Part shown: positions 11,621 to 27,269 of the stretch, in pieces
How the letters are laid out: each line of letters starts with the position of its first letter
How positions within the stretch are numbered: the stretch's first letter is position 1
Assembly (NCBI GenBank): GCA_038496445.1
Contig: JALMLS010000361.1
Location: 224,385 to 288,384 of the forward strand
Direction of reading: 5' to 3'
Length of the DNA: 64,000 nt
Source of the DNA: Trichosphaerium sp. ATCC 40318
Lineage: Eukaryota > Protista > Tubulinea
Made by a program: the position numbers and the translations under genes
The notes under the pieces: generated by a model
Seen by the model: only the letters and a program-made list of their open reading frames with translations
What the model was told of the DNA's origin: nothing
Database searches by the model: none

Positions 11621-14600
11621 TTATGTAAAACTTCGTACAGAAAATACAAATGTTCTTAGTCTGTTTAAAAAGACGCCTTGTTCAGCACCAGCTGCCATAA
11701 AAAGCTCTTGAAATGAGTGTTTAAGTTTATCTGATATTTGTGGAGGATATTTTGATACTACAGCAACAGCCACTCGTTCAAAAGAAACCTATTAACATAC
11801 TTAGTACTTAAATGGAAATTAATCAGAATAAAATGAGATTTTGGTGCGGCAAATGTTTTTTGAAGTAGTGTTCAATGATTGGTTTTTTTAACAAGTTTGT
11901 TTATTGCTTGTTATAAAAGAACCTCGTTATACAAACGAAAAAGATTTGAAAAAAATCGTAAAAGTTACCTTATCAAAGTGAAGCAGATTAAATATTGCCT
12001 TGCCAACTGACTCAAGTACACCAAGATCTATCTTTGTTTTTGAAAGTAATAATTTAATGATTTCTCCAGATAATGCATTCAATCCAGGTTGTTTATCTTG
12101 TGGTAGAACTAACAATAAACGATTAGGAAAAAACCTCAAAAAACTAGAGCGTATACCATTTTTAGTCAGCTTCAGCGCATTTGCTGTCAAAACGTTTAGA
12201 GCGTCTGCACCTTTAAATGCAATAGCAGAAGACGAAGTAGATACACAATAATTTAAATCAGATAGTATACGATCAAATATGTGAGTTGGAAGCCTCCAAA
12301 TTGTCATATTGTAATTACTAACACTTGTGACAAGTAATGTAAAATACTGGCTGCTGATATCAGGATAATTAAGTATGTGAGGTTGTAAACACTGCATAAC
12401 AACATGCATTCCAAGGAAAAGTACTTCTCCTCCTTTAGCATGACGTTGATCGCCAATATGGTCCAGGATTTGTATGAGCCGCTTAAGGTCCTTACAATTT
12501 TCATTTTTTCTGTCAAACTCTGCTTTTGTTGTTTTGTATTTAGCACCTAGGACTATTAGCACGTGCTACTGTAATTTGTTTTTTACTGCGTACCTAATCC
12601 TAGCGAATTGTATAACTCAAATAATTTTGCTATTGAGCCGTAGAAAGAGGTAGCACCGACTTCATCAAGGAAATCAAGCTTAAGAATAAAGTAAGAAAAT
12701 ACAAGCGAAGCAGTTTGTCTTACCATGTACTTTGAGGCGTCTTTGAATAGAGATATGATCAGTTTAACTACAAAATTTGATCCTTTGAATACATGGAATA
12801 GTGAAATGAGTGTATCAAAGTGTTGTCTCATGAAGTTATCAATTATTTTTACATTGCGAGGTTGTGTTGCTGTTACAATGCCACGACACCACTTGTGAAG
12901 AAAAAGTTAGTAAGTCTCCAATGCTATACAGTTGTAGTTACCTCTAATACTGCTTCCACGTGATTCAGGACAGCTTGAGAGCTACATTGTTTTGTTACAT
13001 GTTGCTTATTAGCAAGCAACATCTTACATCCCGCCTGTTGCGATAGGTGAGCTTACTGCATTTCTTAACGAAAAGGCAATAAAAAGTACATCAATAGGTG
13101 TTATTATCTGGTTATAAAACATAGGTCTATCGGCATCAGATACACCAAGGGCTAATTGCATAACACCTGATACAAATCTCCTATGTGCATTTGTTAGTAC
13201 GTCTTGGTTTCTATAGAAACATGTGCCTTTGTAATCTACCAGGTAGTTTAATAAATTTTTCTGTTTTTTCTGTATAAATAGATATCAATCCTTTCCACGC
13301 ATCTGCGTTAAATTATCAGTAGGTAAACGTGTAAAACTACACATTGTATTCCTACCTGTGCTTGAAATAAGGACACCATTCAAGTCTTTCTTTGCCACTT
13401 GTGTTAATAAATTGCAAACCTAGTTTAAGAATAAGTTAACCGAACGACACACAAGAAAATTGAAGTAATACCTGATCAACAACATCTTCTTCAAAGTGGT
13501 AGTGTACAATGTTAATCACCACTTTTTGTAATATGAATTCTAACAGTTGGTATGCACTTTCACTACGTCTACCATACGCTCTTTGAAGACCAGCACTAAA
13601 ATAAATTAGCAGTCAAAAGCAGAAAACTATCACGAAGGATAATGTTACCTTATCGAGTTGTTGCCGGCAGGAAATAATAAATATACTGGCACCCATCTCT
13701 CTAATAACATGCATGTGCGCTCACAAATAAGTGGGCTCCACATTTCAAGTTTGTTCTCTGTCAAACACTTGTTTTCGAACTTGATTATATTAAATACAAC
13801 GTTCATCAATTGAACTACCAAGTCTGGTTGCTAAGACATTTGTCAGCATTAAAAACAACTGTCAAGTCACTAGTATAAAATAAAAATTGTACGTTTGCTT
13901 GGGCACATTGAGAGCAAGCCGATTTTATCCTAGGAGGAATACAAGGTGTCTCTGAACTGAATTTATCAGCAAGAACATATCCAGATATTAGAAGCAACCA
14001 ATTTAATTCCTCCAGAGTATGTACAAGCAAGACACCTTTAAAAGCGCAATGTTAATGGATTGTCATAGTGGGGAATGGTTTGTAGTATACTAACCAGAAC
14101 GAGGACCATCTTTTGCGAATGCAACGAGTTTATCAAAGACAACTTGAAGACGACTTGTCAAAAGTCTTAGACTTGTCACAACATCGTTTCGTGCGAGCGT
14201 AGCAACAGCATCTAGTTCATCATCATATTTTAACTAAACAACATTACTACTACTCTAAGCATACGCATTCACAATAACTTACGTCATCCTTAAGGGAAGC
14301 CAAGTCGATATATTCATCTCCTTCTTCTGATAGCTCCTGTTGCGCAACAGAAATTCGTGCATCAACATAAGACATGAAGATCTTATTTGTGTACTCTGGT
14401 GGAAACGTGCCACTAGGTCCCTTTGCTAGAACTTTAAAAACAGTATGGTTAGTCCATCGGCTAGAAGTAGGTCAAGTTGGAGGTACCTAAAGCGAGCCAA
14501 ACGAAAATCATACTTTTGAAAGGACGTTCGACAAGTATTCTGTCTTCCTCATCTTGTGCACTCTTAAACTTTCCCAGGCAAAAATTATACCACTCCAATA

Positions 14601-16215
14601 ATGTATTGATAAATTTCTGACCTAGTGCAAGTTAGAAAATACTCAAAAGTATTAAACTAGGTACCTTCTGGAACGCTCAATATATTTGTCAATCCAAAGT
14701 TTTTAACAATCTTTTCTACAATAGTACACACGCCATCAATAGCCTCTACATTATCGCTACACAAGAAATATTAAATTATATCATAAAACAACAACGCACC
14801 CTGACTGAGACATTAAATGTTGTGTAACTTGGATAAGTTTTTGTAAATGTGCAAGGCGTGAATTCTTGTTTTCGAAGACATTCCCATCTGAAAAGTTAAG
14901 TTAATCTACAAATCCACACGTATTTACCTAAGCATGCTAGAGCAGATATACCGCCAACTATTGAAAAATATGCTTCTTGTTGCTTGACAAATCCGTAAAC
15001 CTTCAAAAAACAATTAAAACTGAGTAAAAGTAACATCAATTACGTTAGCATAAAATTGAAGTATCCTCGTGTCTTTTAACAGCAAATCTCGCCACGCAGC
15101 GCCTGGTTCGATTGTTACTGAATTTCCAGTGTCTAGAATACCAAGGAATTGGCCTATTCAATGCGATTGAGTGGATAGTTTAGTGACTGGATTATGGTGC
15201 TTACCATAATTATCAAAAGGCCATGTCAAGACTGAACATATAACTTTCAGACCGCTTCTGAAATACTCTAGATCACGTGTTTTTTGTAAAGATTGTTCCA
15301 TTAGAAGTAAAGCATATCTCATGACGTCTAATAGATCTTTTTGCTATATACAAAGTAAGGAGCTTTGGATATAAATAATTGTTAAAACCTGGAATGATTT
15401 GAAACAACTGCAATGAAATTCACGCGAAACTCCAAGCCCAGATGCACTTCTAAAGGAACTAAACTCATCTACAGTAGCATTCAAGAGCTCAAGAGCAATT
15501 TTTAGCTATGAAATAATGTCAACAACGATGCAATGAGGATAACACAAGTATCTTATACCTGCGGTATTGTGCCTTCTCGCAATTTGTTAAGGTTCTGCCA
15601 GAACGTGTCACGAAGAGCTTTGTGGAATTCTCCTGCTTGTAGCGTATCCTGATCAATCCAACCACGCTTCATAATCAAAGCAAGGCACTTACAAGCCTAC
15701 GAAAAATGTTACAAGCACAGTCACTACGAAGAATAAAAAAAAAGTACTTGGTTTATGTTGTACGCCTTTGCTGTTTCTGCTCTTGTCACGATGTACGATA
15801 ATATAAAATCCCGCCATTGTATAACCTGTAAAGGAGGGAGAGTATGCCATTGTGTAGGAATAACGTCCTAGTAATGTGTCACGCTTGAAAAAAGTCACAA
15901 TAGTGATTACCACAACGTACCTTCAACGCTGTAAAAATCTGGTACTGCATCGCTTCAGAGGCATTGTTTTCTATGAAGAAGTGACTAAAACGTTCAAAGA
16001 CGCGCCCATAGCGTATATTGGCGTACCTAACGCGTACTGGCTGACCGCCAACGCTTGAGGAGAGTTTCTGAATTGTAACAAGAACTCATGCCCATGAGAA
16101 GAGGGATTTTGCTATTACTAGGTGTTATAGTTGCTTTCTCGGTGGAGCGTACACTAAATGCAAGACACGCGGCCTCAAGTTTCTGTGCTATCTGTCTTAT
16201 CTCTGTTTGTGCCAT
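11621..16215 (-). CDS. XPO4: Exportin-4-like karyopherin (multi-exon)
   Basis: MAQTEIRQIAQKLEAAC.., ALIMKRGW, VDEFSSFRSASGLGVSREFHCSCFKSF, LEELNWLLLISGYVLAD..ETPCIPP, LNYPDISSQYFTL: motifs typical of exportin-4. Confidence 0.8.
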
Positions 16216-16475
16216 TTTGGAGCGCTAAACTGAAAAACGAGTGTTGTTCAGTACAAAATAGACAGGCGGGATTTTTAAATGTAGCGTTGTATTACGTGTG
16301 TTTGTATAAAGTGTTAGCGATTGACAAGTGCTGCCAGTTGCTTAGCTTTGTTCGAAATGTTGTGAGAATTCAAAAAATTCGGTTTGACTTCTGTAGCTGT
16401 ACGTCAAACTTCTGCTCAGAGCGTCTCATAGCAATACACACTATTAAACAGCTTTAAATTTCCAACTGCGACAGT

Positions 16476-17593
<1,118 letters not shown>

Positions 17594-17685
17594 AGTTGCG
17601 CGTAGACGGTTTTGTTGGTTAAGTTGGTTGTAAATGAGTTAAGGGAATGTACAAACAGTTTTTGTGTGATTTTAGTAAAAAACGT

Positions 17686-19807
17686 ATGTCGTATCACCCA
17701 CCAGCTCTTCATCAACTGTTTATTTTCAACCCGTTACTTGGGCCCAAAGAGCATGAACAAGCAAAAAAAATATTATATTTTCATCCACCCACAACGTCAA
17801 TGGATATACAAATGGGTGCCATTGGCTTGAGCGAAGGGTTGATTAACTTTACAAAGTGCGTTTTGCGTTAAACAAAATACGATATTAACCCAAAAGAACT
17901 TTCGCTGGTGACAAACCATGCGAAACTATGCACACATTGAAGCATAAACACGTCTATTATTCGCCTGAGGAAGACTTCTGGATAGTGTTGGTGCGTGAAC
18001 ATTTTAAAGCGTATAAAGCGCCTACTATAGCGTAGGTCGTAAGCTGTCCAAAGATTGTGCGAAGTGGCGCTGATGAAGACGAAAACAAAGGCGTTGACTG
18101 GCAAGAGCATCAAATTGATGACATTGCCTTACATAATGTCGTACGACAAATCTACAATAGATTTAGGGTGCGTATATAAAATGTCAACAAGATTTCGTTC
18201 TGGTGCGGTTCTTAGAGCCTCTAACTGTTCGAAATAGATTTTTAATGGCACTCTACAACGCCTTTTAACAAAGAAAGGCCCTGAGGGACTAAAACAACGT
18301 CTTTTGAGTACAATAACAAATCTCGTTCTACAAGTTGATTTCGAGCACGTAGACCTCTTTACAACGCTCGACGGTACTCTAAGGGATCATTAATAGCAAC
18401 ATTTCTAAGTCTGGTATCTAGGCATGCACTTCCTACCTGTTAATAAGAACGTCTATTTACGTATACAATCATTTATAAACTTGACTGAAGACAACTTTAA
18501 AGGTACACAAAAAAAAGAAGTAACAAATGAAGCTACTTCCTTTTTCGTAAATTTTCGCTGTTTGTGCTACCAGTAAGTTTTTCTTAACTCTTTTATTAGA
18601 AGAAATAGCATATTCAGCATTTCTTTATAAGGATAATTTAGTTTGGAGCGGCCTTGGTAAGTCTGGATGATGAGATCGCTTTTCTTTTTTTTTGTAACTT
18701 TTTTGTTTTACTTTTTTGTTGATCCGTGTCTATTAGAGCAAGAGGATATGAGAATTTTCTATAACTACCTGGTACTATTGATCTAAAACTATCACTACTA
18801 TAGCCTTGTTACTGACTCTTTTATTTTGTTGTAGAATGATTTGAGAAAACATACTAGTTTTAAAAGAAAGAGTGGATTTGTTACTGGTCCTAATGATATC
18901 AGAGATACTAATACAGAAATTGTTGTGCCTTCTGTCTATATTGGAGAGGATGCATCAAAAAAATACTCTTTTGTTATCTTCAAGGTGCGTATCACGTGAT
19001 TTTTTGTTTCAGTTCCAAAAAACCAAACTCCTACCACGTGACCTATTTATCGCTTTGCCGTTGTGAAAAAACAAAAAGTACAATATGGGGTAGCGTTGAG
19101 GACTAGTTGGGTTTTTTGTTTGCATGTTGTGAAGTGCTAATTTAGAATTTGTTTAGAAAGGTGATATTACTTGCTTGTATTTGGTTCAACCTAAGGCTGC
19201 ACATACACTACAATTCTATCACAGATTATTCGATACAATAAGAGAACATATTGAATTCTTAGATCCAATTATCCAAGAACATTACAGTCGTAGACAAGGG
19301 TAAGAGAACACAGAAAAAAATGCAACTTTTTACTAAGAAAATGATTTTGACATTTGTTAGGGTTGATGACGAGTATCGCTACATTTATTTTAATCACATG
19401 AATCTTGCGCTAAAGACATCGCTTAAATATAGAGGAAATGAATTATCTAAAGATGTTGTGCGGTTACTTAATGAAATGCATAGCGACTTAGCTGGGTAAG
19501 TTTCTGTATTTTTGTTGCTGCAAGAAAATTTTGAGAAAAAAAACCAACATGTTTTTTCTCTTTGTTGATATCCTGAATAGGCCTGATAATATCAATGAAG
19601 TCATGGTTCGTACTCAAGGAGATGGATGGATTGTTGGGAAGAAGTCTGACCAACGCGAATTTTATGTCATCTTTGACAATAAGAGCGCAAACTTGTTGGA
19701 AATTAATGGTGAAGTCCAAAAAAAAAATTTCTTTTTGACTTATTTTTTCTGTAGATCAAGTTAAAAAGTTGAGTGATACGTACTTTAGTAGTATTTTTAT
19801 TGGTTGA
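17686..19807 (+). CDS. CCZ1: Vacuolar fusion protein CCZ1 (Mon1-Ccz1 Rab7 GEF subunit)
   Basis: LFIFNPLLGPKEHEQAKKILYFHP..IGLSEGLINFT, MHFLPVNKNVYLRIQSFIN, LVWSGL, YIYFNHMNLALKT, DGWIVGKKSDQREFYVI. Confidence 0.9.
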
Positions 19808-20073
19808 AAAAACTAGAACAAAATATTTAATAAAACACATCAAAAGCATCAAAAAAAAACATACGACTGTTTGGTGGATAAAAACTTTAAAGTGATGTGA
19901 CAATTTTTTGATGAGGTTGTAATGTAAAATATTACTGTACATCAAAGTCAAGTACATGTGTTTGTTATCAATACTATAGTTTAGGTATTTGCGTTTATTT
20001 ACAGCTAGTTTGTACAAAGATAACCAAAAAAACACCTCCTATGTTCAAGAACTAAGGCAAACAAATGGATTTA

Positions 20074-22876
20074 CTAGTGAACTAAAATTTGGGAAGCCTG
20101 CATGCCTTTGTCTGTGGCATCTAATATTACTATTAACCACGATCCTGATAATTATGTTTACTTACGTTCTGAATTAAAGTGATCATCTTCCGGAAGGTGA
20201 ATTTGTTCTTGTTCATTGGTTTTTAGCAAATTTACAAAATTTGATGTTGCATCTGTTATCAGTTTTGTCAATTGCTTTTTATCGCCTGGAACCCACCAAT
20301 AAGGTACAGATACGAGAATAACACCTAGACCATCATTAAAAGTGATCATTGGCAGAATTTTAAGCACAAATAAACATGAACGGAAACTGTGATCAGCTAA
20401 CAAAGTCTAAGATTCTTACCTATTTGTCGACAATATTGAACTTTCTGGGCATCAAGAGACTTTGTAATTGCAGATGGTGCTGCAAACCGGAACACATCAT
20501 GGTAGTGCTGCTCTCCTATGATGAAAGAAGGTTACATTTTGTGTTTGTTCAATGTTTGTGACTTGTCATTTAATGATTGTACCTTGATACTCAAGTGCTA
20601 AGTTTAGAAGTGGAATATAAACATCTACTGTTACTTCTTTTTGTGATAAATCATTTAGCCCAATTGAATGCTCCTCTCGTACAATAGTGTTTGGAAATAA
20701 AGACTTTACAGTATTCACCAAAACACTATTTAAAAAAACTGTTAGTTTCATAAAGATTACAGGCTATGGAGGGAATCCACGTGTCAGTATAGTTGTACTA
20801 TAGTGCCATAAAAGAGAGTTGTGGCAACCTTTGCAGTTCAAATCGTTCAAACTCTTCGCTTCCTTTTTCCCAGGCTTGAAAGTGTTGTATAAGCGAAATA
20901 CCTTAGGTATTTCTGGTGGAAAAAAAAGGTAGGGTTTGAACGAAGAGAACTGTGGCTGCGCAACTAAATGTTCTTTTGTACCCTTGTAAAGATTTTTTGC
21001 TCATTAGCGAGAACTTTTTCCAATCCCATTTTTTGTTTGGATACATTACTTGAAGGATATGAGGGAAAAGTGTTGTTGTGCACAAATCATGGAGGTTTCT
21101 GAATTGCTCATTTGATATTCTGTACCTACGAGATAAGATAAGTACCAATTGTACAAAGAAAAAAAAAGAGAAAAAAGACAAGAACATTAGAAGATAAACG
21201 TCACTATACCACATGTATGGATCTGAAATGTCAAGCATTTGTTCCACTTTTTTAATATACTTTATCTGGTTTTGTTCTGTTCTCCAGAACGCTGTAGGTG
21301 TACGCCTAAATATGGAGTATTTAGTTTGATTACCAGATAAAAAGCAATATTGGAGAATATTGATGCATAACGTACTTGAAGGATAATGGAGACCACTTGT
21401 ACTTTGGATAGAGGTTTACGAGAGTCCGATACAAAGAATGATTATACCTGTACCAAGTTAACAAAATAGCTGCGCAACAAACATGATTTTCCTCTCTTTT
21501 GTTGAACTTAAAGTTGCTGATAAAAATTACCTTTTAAGGACACTTGTTGCTCCAATTTCTTGTATTTCAGGGGCTTTAGCGTTATACCATTCATCCATGG
21601 TTTTGTATCCTAACTCATGAGCAACTTCATTAAAGCTATCCACTTGGTTTTGTTTACTATCCCAGTAGCTATGAGGTGCACAACTAACCCATAAAAACCT
21701 TGTAAGTTGGAAATCTAAAATATTTTTAGATTGTACGTGAACTTCCATGGTAGCCATCTGAACTCTGGATACAACGCCGTCATTACGTTATACATTGATG
21801 TCTTATACCTACAAGTAAAATAAATAAATACCGTTATGACTTGCCACAGTAAATGAATGAAAAAAACCGGCTTGAACCTGTTAATTATGCTAATTCCGCC
21901 AGATTTTTGTATTATTGCGTTTGTAACATTGTACCAATCTGTCATTACTTTAATACCAATATTTTCAGCTATGGTATCAAAGCGTGCTCGTTGGTTTTTC
22001 TTGTCTTCCCAGCAACCTACTGGAGCTGTACTAAATCACAATTAGACCAATCACGTGATAAAAAAGTAGAAAAAAAAAAAGTTTTTTGTTGCTCGTTACC
22101 TGAAACGCCAAGGTTCCCAAACTATCTCTGGATAGATAGTTTTAAGTGTCAAGTACAACGAGCCATTGTGCCTAATTAGGTAAATTACAACGTAATTTCG
22201 TTATCCTAAAACAAGTACTCCCAGTGTCTACAAATGTAATGGAACGTACAAGGCTAGTATCCGCTGTCCACCATCAAAATTAGCTAGGTCAGCTACAACA
22301 ACGTTATACCATTTGCTTGGTCTATCAATGCCTAGTTCCACTGAAATCTGATCGTATCTTTTACGTTTGTTTGCCATACTATTCCAGTATCTCATTGGTG
22401 CATTTCTTTTATGTTTGTGAGTTTTCATTTAATTGGCTGCGAAACTTGAAGTTTGTCATGGTTCTCAACCCTTACCTGAACTTCCAAGGCTCCCAATAAA
22501 ACTCTGGGAATACTGATTTAAGCATAGTGCTCATTGAGCTGGAGTATCTAAAGCAACATGAGTGGTTGGAGTTGAAGATTGTATTCATTGAAAGTGTCAC
22601 TTTCGTAGTTTAGCCCTGTAAACGATACTGCTGTCACAATTATAATCATTGCGTACAAAGATATTAGCTTACTGTAGCCTCTCTTCAACATTTGGTGTTT
22701 TGTAATATAATACCAGTCCTCATACAAGCGTACATGTAGTATAGGCGCCAGCTCATTCAATAATCTACGTTGATAGCGCTTATCCCGGAAAATGTCTTGT
22801 GTGTATAAATTTAAGAGCAAATGGTATTTTTCGCACTCTCAGTGACCGGTTGGGCGACTGTTCGACTTAATCTCAT
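20074..22876 (-). CDS. W-rich repeat + Vsr/RAP-like nuclease protein (paralog 2, 5 repeats); start approximate
   Basis: Repeats such as APMRYWNSMANKRKRYDQISVELGIDRPSKWYNV..GGQRILAL..IYPEIVWEPWRF; C-terminus VREEH..VDVYIPLLNLALEYQG|EQHYHD..GVILVSVPYWW. Confidence 0.82.
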
Positions 22877-23016
22877 CTTTGGCTCTATCTATCGCGAAAA
22901 ACCCTGTAGAACGTAAAAAATAGCCTCTCCATCACGCCAATTACTCCAACGCTTCGTTTATCACAATCACGGTTGGTTTTTAATCAGTCAATTTGTTTCA
23001 TAACAGCAAAACCACA

Positions 23017-23638
23017 ATGGAGGAAGGAGATGAATACATGCTTGTAGTGTACTCTGTTAAACTATTGCCGACGACGAAACTTACACCAGACACAGTGATG
23101 CCGTTTCTTGACAAATTTGGACAAGAGTACGTTAATTTATTATAAACAACATCTCTAATGCATTAGGTGTGGTCCACCAATCTCTTTTCCGGCTGGTACG
23201 GTGTTTAAGTTTTTTGAAGTCATAAAAGAAGTTACAACGCTGGATATATTGAGTCTGGTTGGTGGCGGTACTGTTGGTAGTGATTATCCACCAGAAGATA
23301 GTTTGTGCTGTGGTATTTTACAACCAGTACGCTATTACGCGTAATCTCGCTCTAAAACTGTCAACAGGAAGTGACACTTGCGTCAGCAGCAAAAATTGAA
23401 TACTTGACAGAAAACGATAAAGACGACTACACAAAGGCTACAAACGAGGCAAAGAAGAGAGGAGTACGTACATCTAACCTACTATGTGCTTGAACGAAGA
23501 AAGTTGGGCCAAAAACTTAACAGTCTCACAATTTTTTAGTTGGATACAGAGTGGTTTATGACAACTGCAAGAGCGCTCGGTAACGCCTTTGCTGAAAGAC
23601 TTAAAAAAGGAGGCGATACTATCGCAATATTTGAGTAG
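23017..23638 (+). CDS. Small hypothetical protein (about 4 exons)
   Basis: MEEGDEYMLVVYSVKLL..; GT-AG-bounded exons; last exon LDTEWFMTTARALGNAFAERLKKGGDTIAIFE*; no family recognised. Confidence 0.5.
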
Positions 23639-23802
23639 ATGTATAAATAAACTAAGTGTCACATTTCCTTGCAATGTATTCAACTTTTTGAAATGCTTCG
23701 CTGAAAATTTTGGCTGGAAAATGCGCGATTGCGGACCAAAATCCATTAGGCTAAACAAAACTGTGAGACAAAATCTACAAACACTAAAAACTCTGCAACA
23801 CA

Positions 23803-24883
23803 ATGCTTAAAGGTTGGTCATTCCGTAATATCTCTAGAGGTACATTAAAACATTGTTTGAACATAATAAAAAAAACCCAACTTCATTATTGTAACTAAAA
23901 TCGCCTTAGAAACTACCCCAGTCATAAGACTAAACCCTACAACCGTTTTACCAGACGAACTGTTAATGGAAATTTTTACACTACTACTCGACGAAACTGT
24001 TTATGGGGTACGCTTAAACGCTCTACTATACACCACGTAGTTAGATTAATTATTTTTAGACGCTACCATTAGTTTCCAAACGATTTAATTCACTAAGTAA
24101 TGATGATTTGTTATGGCGATACTTTTGTAAGATGTCCTTTCCTCATTTAAAAGCACCAGTCGGTCTTAAAAGTTGGCGTAAATTCTACGTTGACAGTCAA
24201 CTCCACGAATGGCGCGTTGCCCGTGCACGCGAGACTACAATAGTACAGAAATTAAAGGATGGTTTAATGGACCGCTGGACAGGTTTAAAGAGCAGGTAAG
24301 AATAAACAAGCAACCCGAAGAATTATTTTTTTCTGACATGTTTTGTAGATTGTTGGGTGAACAACAAATGGTTATTTCTGGTCCTACATCGTGCACACAT
24401 ACAATGCATATTGGTTTTGATGCAAATGGATTCCAAACACGTGGTATACCAGAAGAATGGCGTGTAGGATTAGCATCAAACTCAGATGAAGAGGAAGAGC
24501 CTTTAGAACGAGTAGAGGATGCCATCAAAATTGAAACTGAAGACAGACTTGATTTTGATGCAATGTCAACTGCTGAGGATATGTCTATGTCTCTTGACGA
24601 TTCAGATTCCGATAGTGTATCTATGTTTGGAGACGAAGAAGATATTAAATCTATTGAAGATATGCATACTAGAACAGAAGAACTAACGTACGAAAATAAT
24701 TAATTACAAAAAAAACTTAAAACATTCGCATTCTGGCAGTGTTTTTACGGTTTTTTAATTTACTGCGCTCTCTTGAACTGTTTACTAATATCGCGTAGGA
24801 CCGTTTCTATGCCTGCTCCACCACTACCACCTACAGCTATGACAAACGTATCTGAAGATGAGACTGATGATGACGATTGGTAG
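23803..24883 (+). CDS. F-box + CRIB/GBD + acidic C-terminal Trp-motif protein
   Basis: Spliced: LPDELLMEIF..LVSKRFNSLSNDDLLWR (F-box); VISGPTSCTHTMHIGFDANGFQTRGIPEEWR (CRIB-like); ends PAPPLPP..EDETDDDDW*. Confidence 0.75.
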
Positions 24884-24973
24884 ATAAACCAACCGTTATG
24901 TAAAAAAGAAACAAACCAATTTTTTGTAAATAAACCCCATAAATGACATTATAATCATCCAGGTTTTTGGCAT

Positions 24974-27170
24974 TTATCGCGTGTCTACAGATGATGCTAG
25001 AGTATCGAATGCGTTTGCAAAACTAATATAATCTCCCAACTCATTGTATACTTGGCATGACACTCTTATAAACCTTCTTTGACGCATCTGTGTGCCTTCA
25101 AGAACTGGTATTTCATATCCTGTTATCTACATCTTTCTTTTAGGTTTTGTAATTAAGAAAAAAGAGCAACGTACCCATGCATTGTAATTTGAAATAAGTT
25201 GGGCCAGCATTTTGTTAAGATCCCAAGTATAACAGATTTCAGGGTCCGGGTGATTACAAGGGAATTGAACGTTTGTCATTGACGCCATCATATCAAGTGG
25301 TATAGGTAGCGTTGTGTTCCATCGAGTTGACATGAACAAAGCTAAATACTCAACTCAGTATTCAAATTGATCGGTGGAAATGTTTCGGTTTTCGTACTGG
25401 CGTTTCTGCACAGATCATTGTTGTATTTGTACCACTCTCTATCCCCAACTTTAAGTCTAAATATAGTTATAAGTGTGCAACTTGTAGCGCGAGTACCTAT
25501 AATTAAGAGCGTCTTCAACAGAAAGCCAGGCACTGTAATCACGTGTTCCGATAAATCCAAACTCCTTTATGTATCCTATAACAACTTAGTTTGTCTGAGT
25601 TTTATCGACAGTACCTTCGTAAATGTTATTTGATATTACTGGAGGGTGCATTGTGTTCTGATGTTCTTTGGCTACATACAGAAAAGCACTTCCTTTAATG
25701 AACGTCAGTACACGAACAAAATGATACACGTTTTTTTTCAATGTCATGTATGTTTACCTTTTGCTGAACAAAGCCATTTGTGCCCATTGGAAACATAAAA
25801 ATCTGGTTGCATCGTCCTTAAATTTATTGGGATCTGGCCTAAAGCATGAGCACCGTCGATAAATACCATTGTATTCCTTGATATTAAGCGGAATCAGCTG
25901 TTATTAAAAAAGTAGAAAAATAAAAGAAAAAACAATAACTTACGCAGCATGACATATTTGTATTAGTTCTTCAACTGGCAGAATTATGGCGGGGACACTG
26001 GAAATGTGACTAATTATAGCGATTTTGATGTTGTTATTGTCCACATAGCTCTGTACCAAGTCGATAATCTACACACCAATCAAACACGTATAAAAACACA
26101 ACTAACTTGACTACCTTTTGTTTTGTAGTTGGAATTTCAACGACCGCTGTCATTACAGTCAAGTTCCATCTATTCTGAAGGAATCTGTTTACGTTTTTCA
26201 CCATGGCTGTAGTTTAAATTAGATGTAAGCCTTGAAGGATAGTCCTAAAACAACTCCAGAAATTCATCCTTAATAAGGTGAAGTGTTTTTAAAAGAAAAT
26301 GTTCTTACGGTAGGCAACACTCAGCTCTAAAATAATGTCGTCCGGTTGGAAATCGATAGATCTAAATACAGCATTTACTCCATTCGAAGCATTTTCAACC
26401 TTAGAAATACAAAACAGTTAGATTTCTTAAACAGGCTACTAAATGAAATTTATCACTTATTACCCAAACAAGATCATCTGGGTCGCTGTTAACATACAGT
26501 GCGATGCTTTTTATTAGTTCACGTGCTCTACCTAATAGGTTTTTAGGTGATACTTTAGCGAATATAGTGCACATAGTAACTTCATAACGTTTTAAATAAA
26601 TCAAACATTTGCCCCTCAACGTTTGTGGTACATACTTCTTACTTTTGCAAACCATTTTTGGGTGTTTTTTTCCATTTCTTCCATCCACCTATGCTCGCTT
26701 TCAATGACAGGTTTTAGTGTTGCACCATAACTCCCATGATTTAAAACGAGATCTTAAAAAAGCCATTATATTCACCATTTTTAGACGTGTTTCGTCAATA
26801 ACATACCGTTTGGATCAACATAAAAACTCTCGCTACGCATTTCATGACCAAAGGACGGCATTTCAGGTTCCAGAACGCTCTTATCTACACATTGGTTAGT
26901 AAAAAAAAGATAGTAAGAATTCGTGTCACAAAGTGGCTTTTTTATTAATCACGTGACTATGTGACCGATTTGTAAGTTGAAGTTAAAAAAAACAAGGTTG
27001 AGGTAATTTTGGTAAGTACTCGTGTCTATCATGTATATCGGTAATATGATTGCAGTAGCGATAGCACCACCAATAAATACGCCAATAAAGAATATTAACC
27101 ATTTGGGCCAACATGGGCGCTTATGAAATCTCTCACTGTCTGAGGGAGTCAATAACGCACTATCTTCCAT
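24974..27170 (-). CDS. Class-V PLP-dependent C-S lyase (isopenicillin N epimerase / L-cysteine desulfhydrase / Egt2-like) with N-terminal transmembrane anchor
   Basis: LNHGSYGA, VENASNGVNAV, SHISSVPAIILPV, DGAHALGQI, YVSNGHKWL (PLP Lys), IRVSCQVYNE..DY; N-terminal WLIFFIGVFIGGAIATAIILPIY hydrophobic helix. Confidence 0.85.
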
Positions 27171-27269
27171 GTTGTAAATAAACTGAGCACTTGTCACGTG
27201 TTCTGTTTACAAGTATCGAGGTTGGAACGTTACAGTCAACTTTTTTATTTTAGGTTATTTTTTTAGTAG

